Both the position numbers and the translations under genes were made by a program. Of a stretch of DNA of 64,000 nucleotides, positions 50,733-63,200 are shown piece by piece (the first letter of the stretch is position 1; every line of letters begins with the position of its first letter). The notes below the pieces were generated by a model, which was given only the letters and a program-made list of their open reading frames with translations, was not told where the DNA came from and did no database searches. This DNA comes from Chlorokybus atmophyticus. Its lineage: Eukaryota; Plantae; Mesostigma and Chlorokybus algae. The stretch spans positions 124,001 through 188,000 of the forward strand of contig RHPI01003762.1 of the NCBI GenBank assembly GCA_009103225.1. Reading direction: 5' to 3'.

Positions 50733-52000
50733 AACATTTTGCGACGGACCACAATTGATGTAAAGCCAGCACGTGAGGCTCAGAAGCCGATAGCTTGTTC
50801 AGCATCTGTATTGCTGGTTGATGATTGTCAATAATGCGCACTGTACAGTGCTATAGATGATGCGTGCGTGCCACCTCAGTAAACGCTTGCACATAAGCGA
50901 GGGCCTCTTTTATAGTTAAAAGCAGTATCATGTGCTCATGCCTGAAGTTGCCCGCCATGCGAGGCCAAGGTCCTCTCGCCCCCCCAACCAATTATACCAG
51001 ACGCATCTACATGCAGCTCATGTGGTACAGGGGGCTTCCACCAAGCATTGCCATTATAGGTTTGTAAGCAAGCAACAATCCAATCACAAAAGTGCCTGCA
51101 TGCGTCTACATTACCTAGAGTTGTGTCCCAAGCATCCGTGGACAATGCCAGACGCATTGGTTGACGCGCATAAATGCTTGCAGGTGCAAATGCCAGCTTC
51201 AAGGCAATCCGTTTGCCAGCGGTGCGCGTTACATGACGCTTGGTCAGAATAGGAGCCTCCGCTATTTCTTTTATTAGCTGCAATAGCTTAATCACCTTGT
51301 TGTTTGGAATAGCTTAATCACCTTGTTGTTTGGAATAGCAAAAGAGCCGCTCACTGCGTCCACCAACAGACCCAACAGCTACACGTTTGCTCTAGCCACA
51401 ATTGGCTTTTCACACAAAAGACGCAAAATGCGGGTTATGCGCCAACATAAATGCCAATGCCTGGAATGGCTGGTGTGCATGTCGTAAAAATAGGCAAGAC
51501 AAACAAAAACCCATCGCCCGCAGAAGTGTGAAAGTAGTAGACATTGAGGTCGTAAACAACCAGCATGCTTGATTCAAGCCAAATGGCCAAATGGCAGCAC
51601 ATTCCACCTATATGTAACTCTCGCGAATCGCAAAGCCAAGTACCGAATTAAGGCTTGCTGTCTTCGTGAATGGGCACATGATGATAACCCGATTTTGAAT
51701 CAGCCGTTATTTGACAAATGACGCTTGGTACGTAACAACACATTGCGTAACCGCTCATAGCTGAAAAGAATGTGACGCAAAAAGAGGTAAATGTATCTCA
51801 GACCCATGATGAGCCGTAAAAGTTTTTCTTGCTCGACCACACCTATGCCAGTGACTACCGTCACGTCACATGCATCAACGGAAACTGCTCCTGTTGTTTT
51901 CGGGTTGGCCAATTCACTGACGACGTAAGTGCGATGTATAGTTGCGGACTCGCAATTTCGAAACACAACTGGTGCAGGTGCATTGCGTGAAAGCATAGCT
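50733..52000 (-). pseudogene. degenerate DIRS-like reverse transcriptase and RNase H N-terminal part
   Basis: KLLRLIMGLRYIYLFLRHILFSYERLRNVL and YRWNVLPFG (RT); ELHVDASGIIGWGG, then KEALA...RIIDNHQPAIQMLNK...LHQLWSVAKC (DIRS-type RH). Confidence 0.7.
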
Positions 52001-52177
52001 GTAACTTCATCATCATCTAAGCCTTCGGCCTAAAATAGTGCTTGCACTTTGTCTCACTTGCGATAATCCGACCCTTGAGTGCCTACCCACTGCAAGCGAT
52101 ACCCATAACGCAACCAATCAAGCACGAAGCTCTTTTTGCCTTGCATAGTCAGTTTAAACCATGTGGCCCATGCTACA

Positions 52178-52688
52178 TGTCACAGCCCACTCGACCACCA
52201 AAGACTTAGTCCTTTTATGGTCGATTTGTGGTAATTTCATGTACCTTCCCTTACATTTTCCCCCGCTTAAAAACGCTGACGTCCTCGACAGCTGGCTCGC
52301 ATGAGCTGAGGAATCATCCCACGGGTCTAATTACGGTCGGTCACCGGCCCCACTGCCAAAGGCCCGGCCAATTTAGGCCCATACCGGTCAACGCGCGCAT
52401 ATCGCACCGCTGCCGGCCCACAGGTTGCATCGCGACAGGCAGGTCGCGTCCTGCCGCGCCGACTGAACGCCAGCGCGACTATTATTAGGCAAGTCGCTAC
52501 CCATCAATGATGGCACTTATGACCATTTACGATGTTACTGGATCGACAAACAACGACCGCGGAATTTGTGTGCAAGGCAGGAATCGAACCCGGGTCTCAA
52601 GCTCCGATGACCAATGTCACAGCCCACTCGACCACATAAGACTGGGTGCTTTCGCGGTCGATTTGTGGTTAATTACCTTCCCGTTACA
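52178..52688 (-). mobile_element. TRIM with tRNA-like Pol III promoter, copy 2
   Basis: Inverted homolog of 29667-30213; LTRs 52615-52688 and 52178-52255; PBS-like TTGGTCATCGGAGC; PPT; 5-bp TSD CTACA; A box TGGTCGAGTGG and B box GGTTCGATTCC. Confidence 0.9.
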
Positions 52689-54809
52689 CTACAAGCCGTT
52701 GTTGCAAGAAGCTGCTACAAAGTTCTCCATGTGGAGAGTTTCAGTGCGTAACTTGCTCAGCCCATTGAGTTGCAGAGTTGAAACACTCTTCCAGACCATT
52801 GTCACCTGTGACAGCTCTGCATACATTGAACGAATTGGTCTGCTGCTGGTTTGCAGATATGAAATCAACGGTGTGTTGCACTTGTGAAGTTACATATATG
52901 TACGTCTCTGATGGGGATAAAAGGTCTGTCGCCAATGCTGGTATGCAGATCCAACTCTGCTTGCATCCACTCATTGTCACAATGATTACTATCAACAACC
53001 TCTGCTTCAGGTGTGCCATGTCTGCGCACATGCAGGTTTAGTATATTGCGCACATGTGCACAGTCTGTATCAAGCTGCACGCACGATACTCGTATTGTAC
53101 ATAACTACAGCAAGGGTTAGCTGCATGTATGTGCATTATGATACATCTATGCATGACAGACAAACATGCGCATTCGCGTCCATACATGCGCACTTGCGCA
53201 CTTGCGCATTGCTATCATACACATGACTACTTGCTAGCATGCCTGCCACTGTACTACGCAGCAGGCGTTGACTGACGGCATCAATCACTTCTGCAAAGCT
53301 AGGCGTGGCTGCTCTTGCATGGGGACATATCGACATATGCAGCCTGCTGGTTGTATTTAGCCGCCTTTGCAACCATAACCACCCTGATCGCCGCAACCGC
53401 AGCCACGACCGCGACCACATTAAGACTGGGTATTCCCCTCTTCTGTGATAGAGCGCATGCAAGCGCACAATTGCATTAACGTTGTGGTATAAGACAAACA
53501 TCCAGTGAGACTTGAAAGTATGCCCTGAGCTTAGCGAGGCTAGTTGAACTGCAAATGGATCCACAAGACAATCGCTGAGCATTATCATAATACAGGTCAT
53601 GCGCACATTGTGCAGCTTGATAACTAACAGGGGGCTGCATGTAACAGTCGAGGCCAAGTTTCATAATTTTAGGAATGTTTTTGGCCCATTTGTCGAGCAC
53701 CACGTTTTCATGACTTGTGGCAGATATCGGCGATTTATGAGTCTGCCGCGGATGTTGACCGGGGCCCCAGGACCAGTCCGGAAGGTGCCAGAAAACGGAT
53801 GGCCAGTCGAGAAGGGCTCGACCAGATTTCTTGAAGGGCATGGCGCCAAGTAGTCAAACTTGACCATATGAGCACCTAATCAGGAGATCTTTGGTGCGTA
53901 AGAAAGTATACTACAAGGTTCTTTGATGACATCTTAGCATCTGATTTTGTGTAGCACGGGAATCGTCTAGACAGTAGCATGTGCAGACTGGTAGGTATTG
54001 TCGTGCCTGCCATGGTCAAGGGCAACCTTGTCTCGGACAGGCTGCGGAGGAGTGCTAGTGTTGCACGCATGCTAGTGCCGTGCATTGCCTTGGAGTCATG
54101 TAAGCAAAAGACAACCCCCCAATCGTGGGCATAGGCTTGAAGATGAGCCTACGCGGTGTTCAGTGCAGTGGACGAGCCGCTGCCGCTCGCCACCTTTGGT
54201 TACAGACTGTGTCGTAGTGCACACAGTCAACAAGCCACTACGATAGGTAGTGCTGTGGACACAGTTCTTTGCATGAGTGGATAGAATGATGACACTGTTA
54301 AGTGAGGTGAATGAGTGTGCAACACGTGGTACAACACCCTGACTGATGAGACAACACACCACCGCCAAGCTCACAGCAATGACAGGCACAGCGCACAAGA
54401 GCATGCACCGTGTCTCACGCAGTAAGGGAATTCTTGGCAACCGGGACAGCGTGCTTCCAGTTCAAGTCGCTTCACAAGCTCTTTAGAAACAGAGTCTTTA
54501 CTTCTTAGTACTCCTAGTACTCACAGTACTCACTTACAGTGTCACCAGCCAGTCTGGTGACGTGACTTCCTACTTATACATGTCAAACTATGACTGTGCA
54601 GTGCCACGCGGGCACTAGGCCAACGGTCACATCGAGGCCTCATGCTATTTCGGAAATCTTTTAAGACTCGATATAGCACATGTGTTATTAACAGACTTAC
54701 AACTGATCAGCTACGCGCGGTCCCTACAGACAGGTCTATAAAGTAGCCCTAGCTACATGCTACATGGGAGGTACAGTAGCTAGCAGTAGGCTGGGGCTCG
54801 CGCGGTCTT

Positions 54810-56856
54810 TGTTGAAGGTATTACATGGGTGATGCTTGTATCCGGTCAGCTTGCCCTTCATACAGGAGTCGAGGGTCGAAGGTACCAGGAAGAAGCGCGT
54901 GGGCTCCAGACTTAGCAAGACGGTCGAGTCATGACGGACTCCGGACCAGGCTTCTTGGTAGAGCCTTGGGAGAAATCGCGTAGCTTTGTGGATACGTAAG
55001 CTTAGCAGGCGTGGCTTAGCTTGTTGAAAAGCTCTGGTTGTGAGCTAGACAGCGTAGCTTACAGAACAGCAATCCGCTGAGTATAGCGCACGCGGTGCTT
55101 GTCAATGTAGACGTGTGTAGAGACTGGGGGGGTATAAAGCCCAGACTTGTTGCAATGAAGAAGAGAGGTCACGATGTAGCATGTGTGCGGATGCTATGGC
55201 GGCAGTAGCAGTCATGCTCTTGTGTTGATGTTGTTGGCGTGTCACTTGCACGTGTGTATGTCAACAGGTTATGGGCCCACACATGCTTGTGTAGGTTGAT
55301 GGAGTGTGTTACAATTGTATGTGTAGCTGTAGTTGCTTTGTGGTAGTGTGGGGTTGTGAGGTCTGTGAGCAGAGAGGGCAACCAACCAAGGCCACCAGCA
55401 TGGGCAGCTTGAAGATTGCGATTGGACTACTGGACGTTGACGACTACAACACTTGGAGTGTGAAGATGGAGCTACTACTGGCCCATAAGGAGATGCGGAA
55501 GTACATGGACCAAGAGGAGGAGATGATGGAGATCTTCTGGTGACTGAAGAAGAGTACGTGAAGTACTTGGTAGAGGAGGCGTCCTTGATACGTGAGAGCT
55601 GAAGATGTCAGCTCGTGTTGCTGAGTGCGAGGAGTACTTGGTGGAGCGTGGTGAAGCGCTTTGAGGAATGCGAGAGGCAACCCGTGGTAAGCACGTTGAT
55701 GTGCTTGGTGGAAGGAAGGGGAGCAGATGGCAACCCTTGAGGTCGAGCACGGTGGAGTGTTTGATGAACCTTCCGAGAAGGGGAGCGAGGGCAGTCCTTG
55801 GTGAAGCACGGTAAAGTGCTTGGTACTTTGGTTGAAGCATGTGGAGTGCTTGGCTGAAGGTGCATGCGAGGAAGCGAGATGAGCATCCTGGAAGCGTGAT
55901 CGCTTGGAAGCTGGACATGGAGCATCCTGGAGGCATGAAGCTTGGAGGCTATACGCAGAAGCATGTGGACGTGGACATGAAGATGGCCATGGTGTGCGCA
56001 AGGTTGCTGCATTGACAAGGGTGGTTGAGGATGGAGTTGCAAGATACCACAAGGTCATGAGCAACAAGCAGGCACAAGTAGGTTGCGATTGTGGAGCCCG
56101 TGGGAGCTGCAAGTGGTGGAAAGCAAGTTGACTAGAGGAGTCATGGGCTGATACCTGAGGCGGAGGCACTGTCAATGAGGACAGATGCAGCGGGTGCATG
56201 AAGGCAACATGTATGTACAGCAAGGAGCAAGGTTGGTGGTCAACCATGAGGCTCGAGTTGCTGTGGAAGTGAATGACTTCAAGATCATCCATGAGAAGCA
56301 TGGAGGCGTGAGGAAAAAGGTGAAGGCTTGCGTGAGAGCAAGCGGTGTGTGTGAGTAATGCAGGAGCTGATGTTGAAGGACAAGCTGCCCGCGTGGGAGT
56401 GTTGAAGGTATTACATGGGTGATGCTTGTATCCGGTCAGCTTGCCCTTCATACAGGAGTCGAGGGTCGAAGGTACCAGAAAGAAGCGCGTGGGCTCCAGA
56501 CTTAGCAAGACGGTCGAGTCATGACGGACTCCGGACCAGGCTGCTTGGTAGAGCCTTGGGAGAAATCGCGTAGCTTTGTGGATACGTAAGCTTAGCAGGC
56601 GTGGCTTAGCTTGTTGGAAAGCTCTGGTTGTGAGCTAGACAGCGTAGCTTACAGAACAGCAATCCGCTGAGTATAGCGCACGCGGTGCTTGTTAATGTAG
56701 ACGTGTGTAGAGACTGGCGGGGTATAAAGCCCAGACTTGTTGCAATGAAGAAGAGAGGTCACGATGTAGCATGTGTGCGGATGCTATGGCGGCAGTAGCA
56801 GTCATGCTCTTGTGTTGATGTTGTTGGCGTGTCACTTGCACGTGTGTATGTCAACA
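54810..56856 (+). mobile_element. non-autonomous Ty1/Copia derivative nested in the R1 repeat of element B
   Basis: 457-bp LTRs (54810-55266, 56400-56856) TG..CA with about 5 mismatches; 5-bp TSD GTCTT; PBS GGTTATGGGCCC (copia-type half-tRNAiMet); gag-like start MGSLKIAIGLLDVDDYNTWSVKMELLL; no pol. Confidence 0.9.
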
Positions 56857-57228
56857 GTCTTCATGCTGGTAGCCCGGGCGTGGGGCTGGGTGTAGGCATG
56901 CTCGAGAAGGACTGGCATGCTAGGGTAGATGGCATGACAGCTGTCGTGCCTGCCATGGTCGAGGGCAACCTTGTCTCGGACAGGCTGCGGAGGAGTGCTA
57001 GTGTTGCACGCATGCTAGTGCCGTGCATTGCCTTGGAGTCATGTAAGCAAAAGACAACCCCCCAATCATGGGCATAGGCTTGAAGATGAGCCTACGTGGT
57101 GTTCAGTGCAGTGGACGAGCCGCTGCCGCTCGCCACCTTTGTGTACAGACTGTGTCGTAGTGCACACAGTCAACAAGCCCCCCCCCCCCTGAGATTCTGG
57201 GGTAGCCCTCTGCTCCAGAACTCAGTTC

Positions 57229-60200
57229 CTACCGACTGTGTGGGGGACCGGTGATGCGGCAGTCATCGCACCAGTACTCCCACAAGGGTACTGCGTCCAG
57301 TGGAGGGTCAAGGCAGTAGCAGTGCATGCCTTGATTACAGCCGTCGCATAACATCATCAATGGGTCGTCGTCGGCGCTGCCACACTTCTCGCATCGGGTG
57401 CTGCGCAGCGGACGCGGGTGCTGGATCTTGGTGAAGCCAGCAATGTAGGGGAGATGACAGGGCGCGCAGTTGACCATGTTGTCCTTCATGCGCTCGCCTC
57501 GTTGTCCCAGCAGGTCCAGTACCCCTGTGGGATGCACCTTCAATACCTTGTAGACAGCACGCCCGACGGAGGTATTGAGGGTGTCGCGTGTAGACGCCAT
57601 ACGGTAGACGAAGTCTCCTGACTCGAAGCGGCGCTCCCGCTCCTTGTAGAAACCACTGCGCACACGCTCGTAACGCAGCGTGTCGCGGTGCTGCGCGATG
57701 CGCAGGTTGTTGAAGGCCATGGGGACTGTGTGTTCGAACAGCGCACTGCGCACTGTCAGATCATACACCATCTCGTCGGGGTTGTCGAGATTGTCCACCA
57801 CTCTGTCGACCTCCTGCTGTGCGCGGACAGGGAGCAATGGCTGCCTTCCAAACAGTAGATAGTATGGGCTGTACTCTCGCAGGGCTGCCTGCTTGGACAG
57901 CCGTTAGCCCATTGCTACCCATGGGAGGTGATCATCCCAGGTATTCTTCTCGTAGGTGAGGACGTACTTGCGCAGTGCCTTCTTGATGGTCTGCACGGTA
58001 CGCTCGGCGAGGCCGTCGGCCTAAGGGTGGTCGCGTGAGGTGCGACGGTGGTCGATGAAGCATCTGTCAATAAGCTTGTCGAAGGCTCCTCTGAACTCCG
58101 TACCCTGGTCGGTGATGACTTCAGCGCAGCTGCCGAAGCGTCCGAGTACATGGGAGAGGAAAGCCTGGGCTACTCCCTCACTGCTCTTGTCGGGCAGGGG
58201 CACCAGCTCCACCCACTTGGAAAAGTGCTCAATCATGACGAGGATGTAGCGGTTGCCTCGCGCTGAGGGCGCTAGGTCTCCGAGGATGTCCAGTCCCCAG
58301 CGGTAGAACAACCCGAAATGGGAAGGGGATGCAAGGTGGCGTTGCGCGTGTTGAGGCTGGCGCGAACCATGTCACACTGATGACAGTTGCTGACGAACTC
58401 CCGCACCTGTCTGTGCACCCCATACCACCAGTACTGGGTCCTGACCAGGCTGACCGTGCGCTTGACACCGAAGTGCCCGAGCTCGGTGTGAAGGGAGGAG
58501 AAGATGCCTTCACGTGCAGCTGGTGTGGGGACCTCCTGATCTGCATCTTGTATCCGTCGATACAGCCTGTCGTTGGCCCAGCGGTAACGCTGAGTGCGTT
58601 GCCGGACGCGGTCCTTCTCGCGTGCGCTCATGCCTGCTGGAAGTTGTCCAGTCTGAAGCAGTGCGAGGGATGGCTCGTCCAGCCAGATGTCTTGTCGTGT
58701 GTCGGTGGGTGCCAGCTCCTTATCATCCACCTCAGGGTCGGCAGCGATCGCTTCTTCTGATAACGGATCTGTGGTGGTGATGGCGGGCTCGAGAGCGGGC
58801 ATGTCCCCGTCTGCTGCTGCCTCAGCTATCTGAGTCCTGCGTCCTGAGCGTAGCGCAGCGACAGCGAACATGGTGGCCACACCTGAAGGTGCAGCTGTAG
58901 GACCCAACTCATGTCGGGCGCCTGTGGCGTCGTTGGTGCTGAGGTGGGGGTTACGGCTGAGGCCATCCGCATCCTGGTTGGCAAGGCCTGCGCGGTGTTC
59001 CACCTCGAAGTCGTACTCCTGGAGCAGCAGCGCTCATCGTGCTAACTTTCCTGTCAAGTGCTGGTTGTTCATTAGCCACGAGGGGTTGATGGTCAGTGAC
59101 CAGTTGAAACTGCCGTCCAAACAGGAAGGGTCGGAAGAAGGAGATGGCCCACACTGCGGCGAGACACTCCCCTTCGTAGCTGCTGTAGTTGGCCTCAGCA
59201 CTGTTGTTGCTGCGGCTGGCGTACGACACTACGCGCTCCTTCTTGTTGTTGTCGTGCTGTACGAGCACGGCCCCCATGCCGAGCTTGCTCCAGTCCGTGT
59301 GCAGGATGAACGACCTGGTGTAGTCAGGGCGTTGCAGAATGGGAGCTGTGGTGAGGCAGAGCTTAAGCTCCTAAAAGGCCTCCTGTTGTGCCTCCTTCCA
59401 CAAGAACTCGGTGTCCTTCTTCAGTAGTTCGTTGAGAGGCCTTGCGACCTTGGCAAAGTCCTTGACAAACCGGCGGTAATAGTTGGCAAGGCCGAGGAAG
59501 GCCCGCAGCCGCGTGAGGTCTGTGGGGGCAGGGATAGCCACCAGTGCCTCCACTTTGGCCTGCTGTACGTACACACCATGGGGCACAATCATGTGTCCTA
59601 GGTAGGGTACCTTGTGGGTGAAGAAGGTGCACTTGTCAGGGTGCACCGTCATCCCGACTTCCTTCAGCCTCTGTAGCACCTCTTCGATGTGCTGGAGATG
59701 CTCCTCATTGCTGTGACTGAAGATGAGGATGTCGTCGATGTAGCAGCGCGCGAAGTCCAACCCCTTGAGGGCTTTGTCCATGACGCGCTGGAACTTGGCC
59801 GGAGCGTTCTTCAGTCCGAAGGGCATGACCTTCCACTGGTACAGCTGCCGGTTTCCCCAGAAGGAAGTCTTGTGCTTGTCCTCCTCCTTGATGGCGATCT
59901 GGTTGTACCCTTGGCGCATATCCAGGATACTAAAGACCGTGCAGTCTCCTACATCGTCAAAGATGCCTTCTGCGGTAGGCATTGGATACCTGTCCTGCTT
60001 GGTCTTGTTGTTGAGGGGGCGATAGTCGCCACACATGCGCCGGTCTGTCCAGTTGCCTGCTGAATCTTTCTTCAGGGGCATGACGGTCGCGGCCGCAAAG
60101 TCCGATGTGGACTCCTCGATCAGGCCTGCATCTAGCAGCGCCTTGCACCTCTGTTCCACCAAGTCTTCTTCTAGCTTGGAGAGGCGGTACTGTCTTCTGA

Positions 60201-63200
60201 ACACCGGTTCGGTGTCCACTAGTTCAATGTCCATCTGGTATGCTGAGCAGATGCCCAGCTCCTTCACACTGAAGCTGAATTGGCTCCTCCACTTGTTGAG
60301 GAGCGCCTCGAGTTGCTCTCGAGTCTGGCCTGTGGCCAGCGGTCCAATAGCGTGGGACCACGAGGTAGCGTTGGCGACCACTGGAATGTCTTCCACAGTG
60401 ACTGCTGCCTGCTCCTCCATGTGGGCGGTCTCGAAGGCGGTGTGTGCTGCTTTGGTCTCTGAAAAGCGAGCAATCCACCCCCAGCCAGGTGTTCGAGCTC
60501 CTGGAAGGACACATGGCGGTCCTGGAGAGCAAAGCACATTTCCAAGTACCACACCATGCTGTTCTGATCCATGGCGCGCCCTAACAACTGACACTGTTGA
60601 CTAGTTGTTAGCGTGGAGCCTGTGATGCTGCCTGGAGAGAATCCCATAGCACGCTCGCGCTCACGAGCATTGGGTTCTTCCAACTGTCCAGTGTTGGAGT
60701 CTAACACCATGCCGTCGCCTCCATTGCGGAACGCGTAGGAGCCTGGATAGGATACAAGTGTGGGTAGTGCGCGGCGCGGCTGACCAGGCTGGTTGCACTG
60801 GTAGAAGTGGTGGTGGTCAAGGCGTGTGACCGGTTGCGCTGTGCGTCCAGGGTCCAGGATGTCATCGACGACGAGATTCCGTGGCCGATTGCTGTATTGG
60901 TACTCTGCCAGAAACAGGTCCTCCACAATGGCCAGGTTGGTCTACTTGGCGCGGACGCGGTGTGCGCGAGATCCATGACGCGCGGCGTTGATTTGGAGAG
61001 GATGCCCCAGCAAGGAGCATACTTGTCGATAGGCCTTGGCAACGTGATGCCGCTTGTCATCCTCGGAGTGCACATTCTCGACGATGTACCCCAAGGGCCT
61101 AGCGACCTGACTGGTCTGCAGGAGTTTGATGACTCTCATCAGCTCCCAGAACAGCTGTGAGCGAGGATCAGAGAGCCCTTGGCCTCTGCCTGCCCTGGAG
61201 TGCCCTTGACACTCCCATCCTGCTATCAGCAGGTCAATGTTGCCGACTGCCTGCAGGTGATCCTTGGTAATCCAGCGGATGTCCTGCGGCAGAGCCTTCT
61301 GGCTCCCTTGCAGTGCCGACAGCGGTAGCTGCTGCGGGTAGCGCTAGTGCAGCTGTCGTAAATGATGGCTCAGAGCCTCCTGTGCATGAGGGTCAGGGTC
61401 ACAGTAGAGGTACTTGGTGACTGTTGTTCCTGTTGAGGACAGCCGCAAGCCCACTGCCTATGCCTCCGAACAGCTCCAGCACGGCGATGCCTTGTCGTCG
61501 GCGAAACATGTGGAACTCCACAACTCCAGTAGCTATGTGGTACTGCTCCTGCACTGTAGCCTGGTCTTTGTAGACAGGGAAGTGTGCAGTGAGCTGAGGC
61601 CTGGTCAGTAGCATGTGTGCTGCTACTTGTGCGCTCCAGCGACGCTCGGATGGCTCCTGAAAGGCCACTTCTTTGGTGACAGTCTCCTGAGACTCATCGT
61701 ACGGTGTAGGAGAGTCCTCTTCAGCGTTTAGGCTCGGGCTCGAGCTCGTTGCAGTTGTCCTTGGCTGCGTTCGGGCACGAGGCACACATGCTTTCTGTAG
61801 GAGTGTAGGTGGCTGCTGCGGCCGACCTTCGTTGCGAGCGGGCCTTGGCCACCAGCTCGAGAGGTAGGAATCCCTGCTCCTCTCCATCATCCTCATCATC
61901 CTCATCCCAATGTGGTCGGAACCATGCCTGCTCAGTCCAGCAGTCCATCCCCATGCCGACAGGAAAGTTGAAGTCCTGTCCCAGCAGTAGGTCAAATGAC
62001 CCGGCATCGGTGACCACACACCTTTGTACAATCTCGGTGCTGTGGGAAGGGTTTAGTCCTGTGAGGCGGATGCTCACAGTCTGCTTGGTAAGGCCGAGCA
62101 CCTTGTCGCAGTTGCCGGTCGCGGTGTCCAGCTGGCAGGGACAGGGAAGCAGCTCAGCGCTGGTGATGCCGAGATCTCGTGCGAGGTAGCGCTCAATGAT
62201 GACAGGCTGTGCTCCAGTGTCCAGCATCACGCGTTTGGGTGCCCGACCATTGACGGTCACGTGCTTGCCTTGGTTGGCGATCATGGCTGCATTGGCGTTG
62301 ATGCGCAGCCTCTTGAAGCGACGGAACCTCTTGCGTGGAGAGACTGTTGATTCACCCTCATCTGCGGGGCCTGACCGTAGGGCAGCCAGGGCTCCTCTGT
62401 CTGATGGATCTTGTGGGCCTCCTTGTCCTCGGCTTTGTCCAAACCGTCCTTGTCGCGGCTGCTGGTACACGCGTGGTGGCCTAGGCCTTGGAGGTGCTGC
62501 TGCAACCTGTCCAAGTGGAGGTGCAGGAGGGTTGACCCGTGTGCAGCTGTTGTCATGCCAGGAGAGGTGGCCAGTGGCTGAAGCGGGAACCCTGGAGGAC
62601 CTGGTGTTTGCGGGACTGCCTCTCGTGCAGCCTGCTCCTCTGCATAGGTCCATCGCACAGCATGGGCTGCCTTCCTGACTAGTGTACCTTCCCATGTAGC
62701 CGTCGCATTGTTGTTCACGTCTATATAGCGATGGTTCTGAGGCATGGGTTGCAGGTACACTAAGCGTAGGAGCCACGCTCTCATGTCGTGAGTGATGGTG
62801 GGCACCCTGAGGATCCCTGCCATGTAAGCATCCCATCTGCCGTTGACCACTCCCACTTCCAGCACTGTTATTGCTCGTGCGCGTACAGTGAGGCGGATCT
62901 CTGGCTGTTGGACATGCTGCTCGTAAGCAACGGCGATGCGCCTGCGCTGACGTCCTGCCTCCACTCCTGGCAAACTCAGTATAGCCTCCAGAGCTCCCTC
63001 CAGAGTGTCAGTGGCGGCGGAAGCCACTTCATCATAGGCTTGCCGTATGGAGCGAAGGAATGCGTCCACCCACGCTATTCTGGCGCCGAAAGCAAACAAC
63101 GGGACTGCGGGATGGTTGGTTACCAGCCACTTCACTAACCGCGCGCGCGCCGCGTTGCCATTGTCTCGCATCCCAAGCATCTGCCGAAGCCCAATGCCTT

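Noticed and set aside
51280-51337. 26-bp tandem duplication in the DIRS remnant (and an 11-bp one near 29485-29515)
   Set aside because: Ordinary slippage in decayed sequence.
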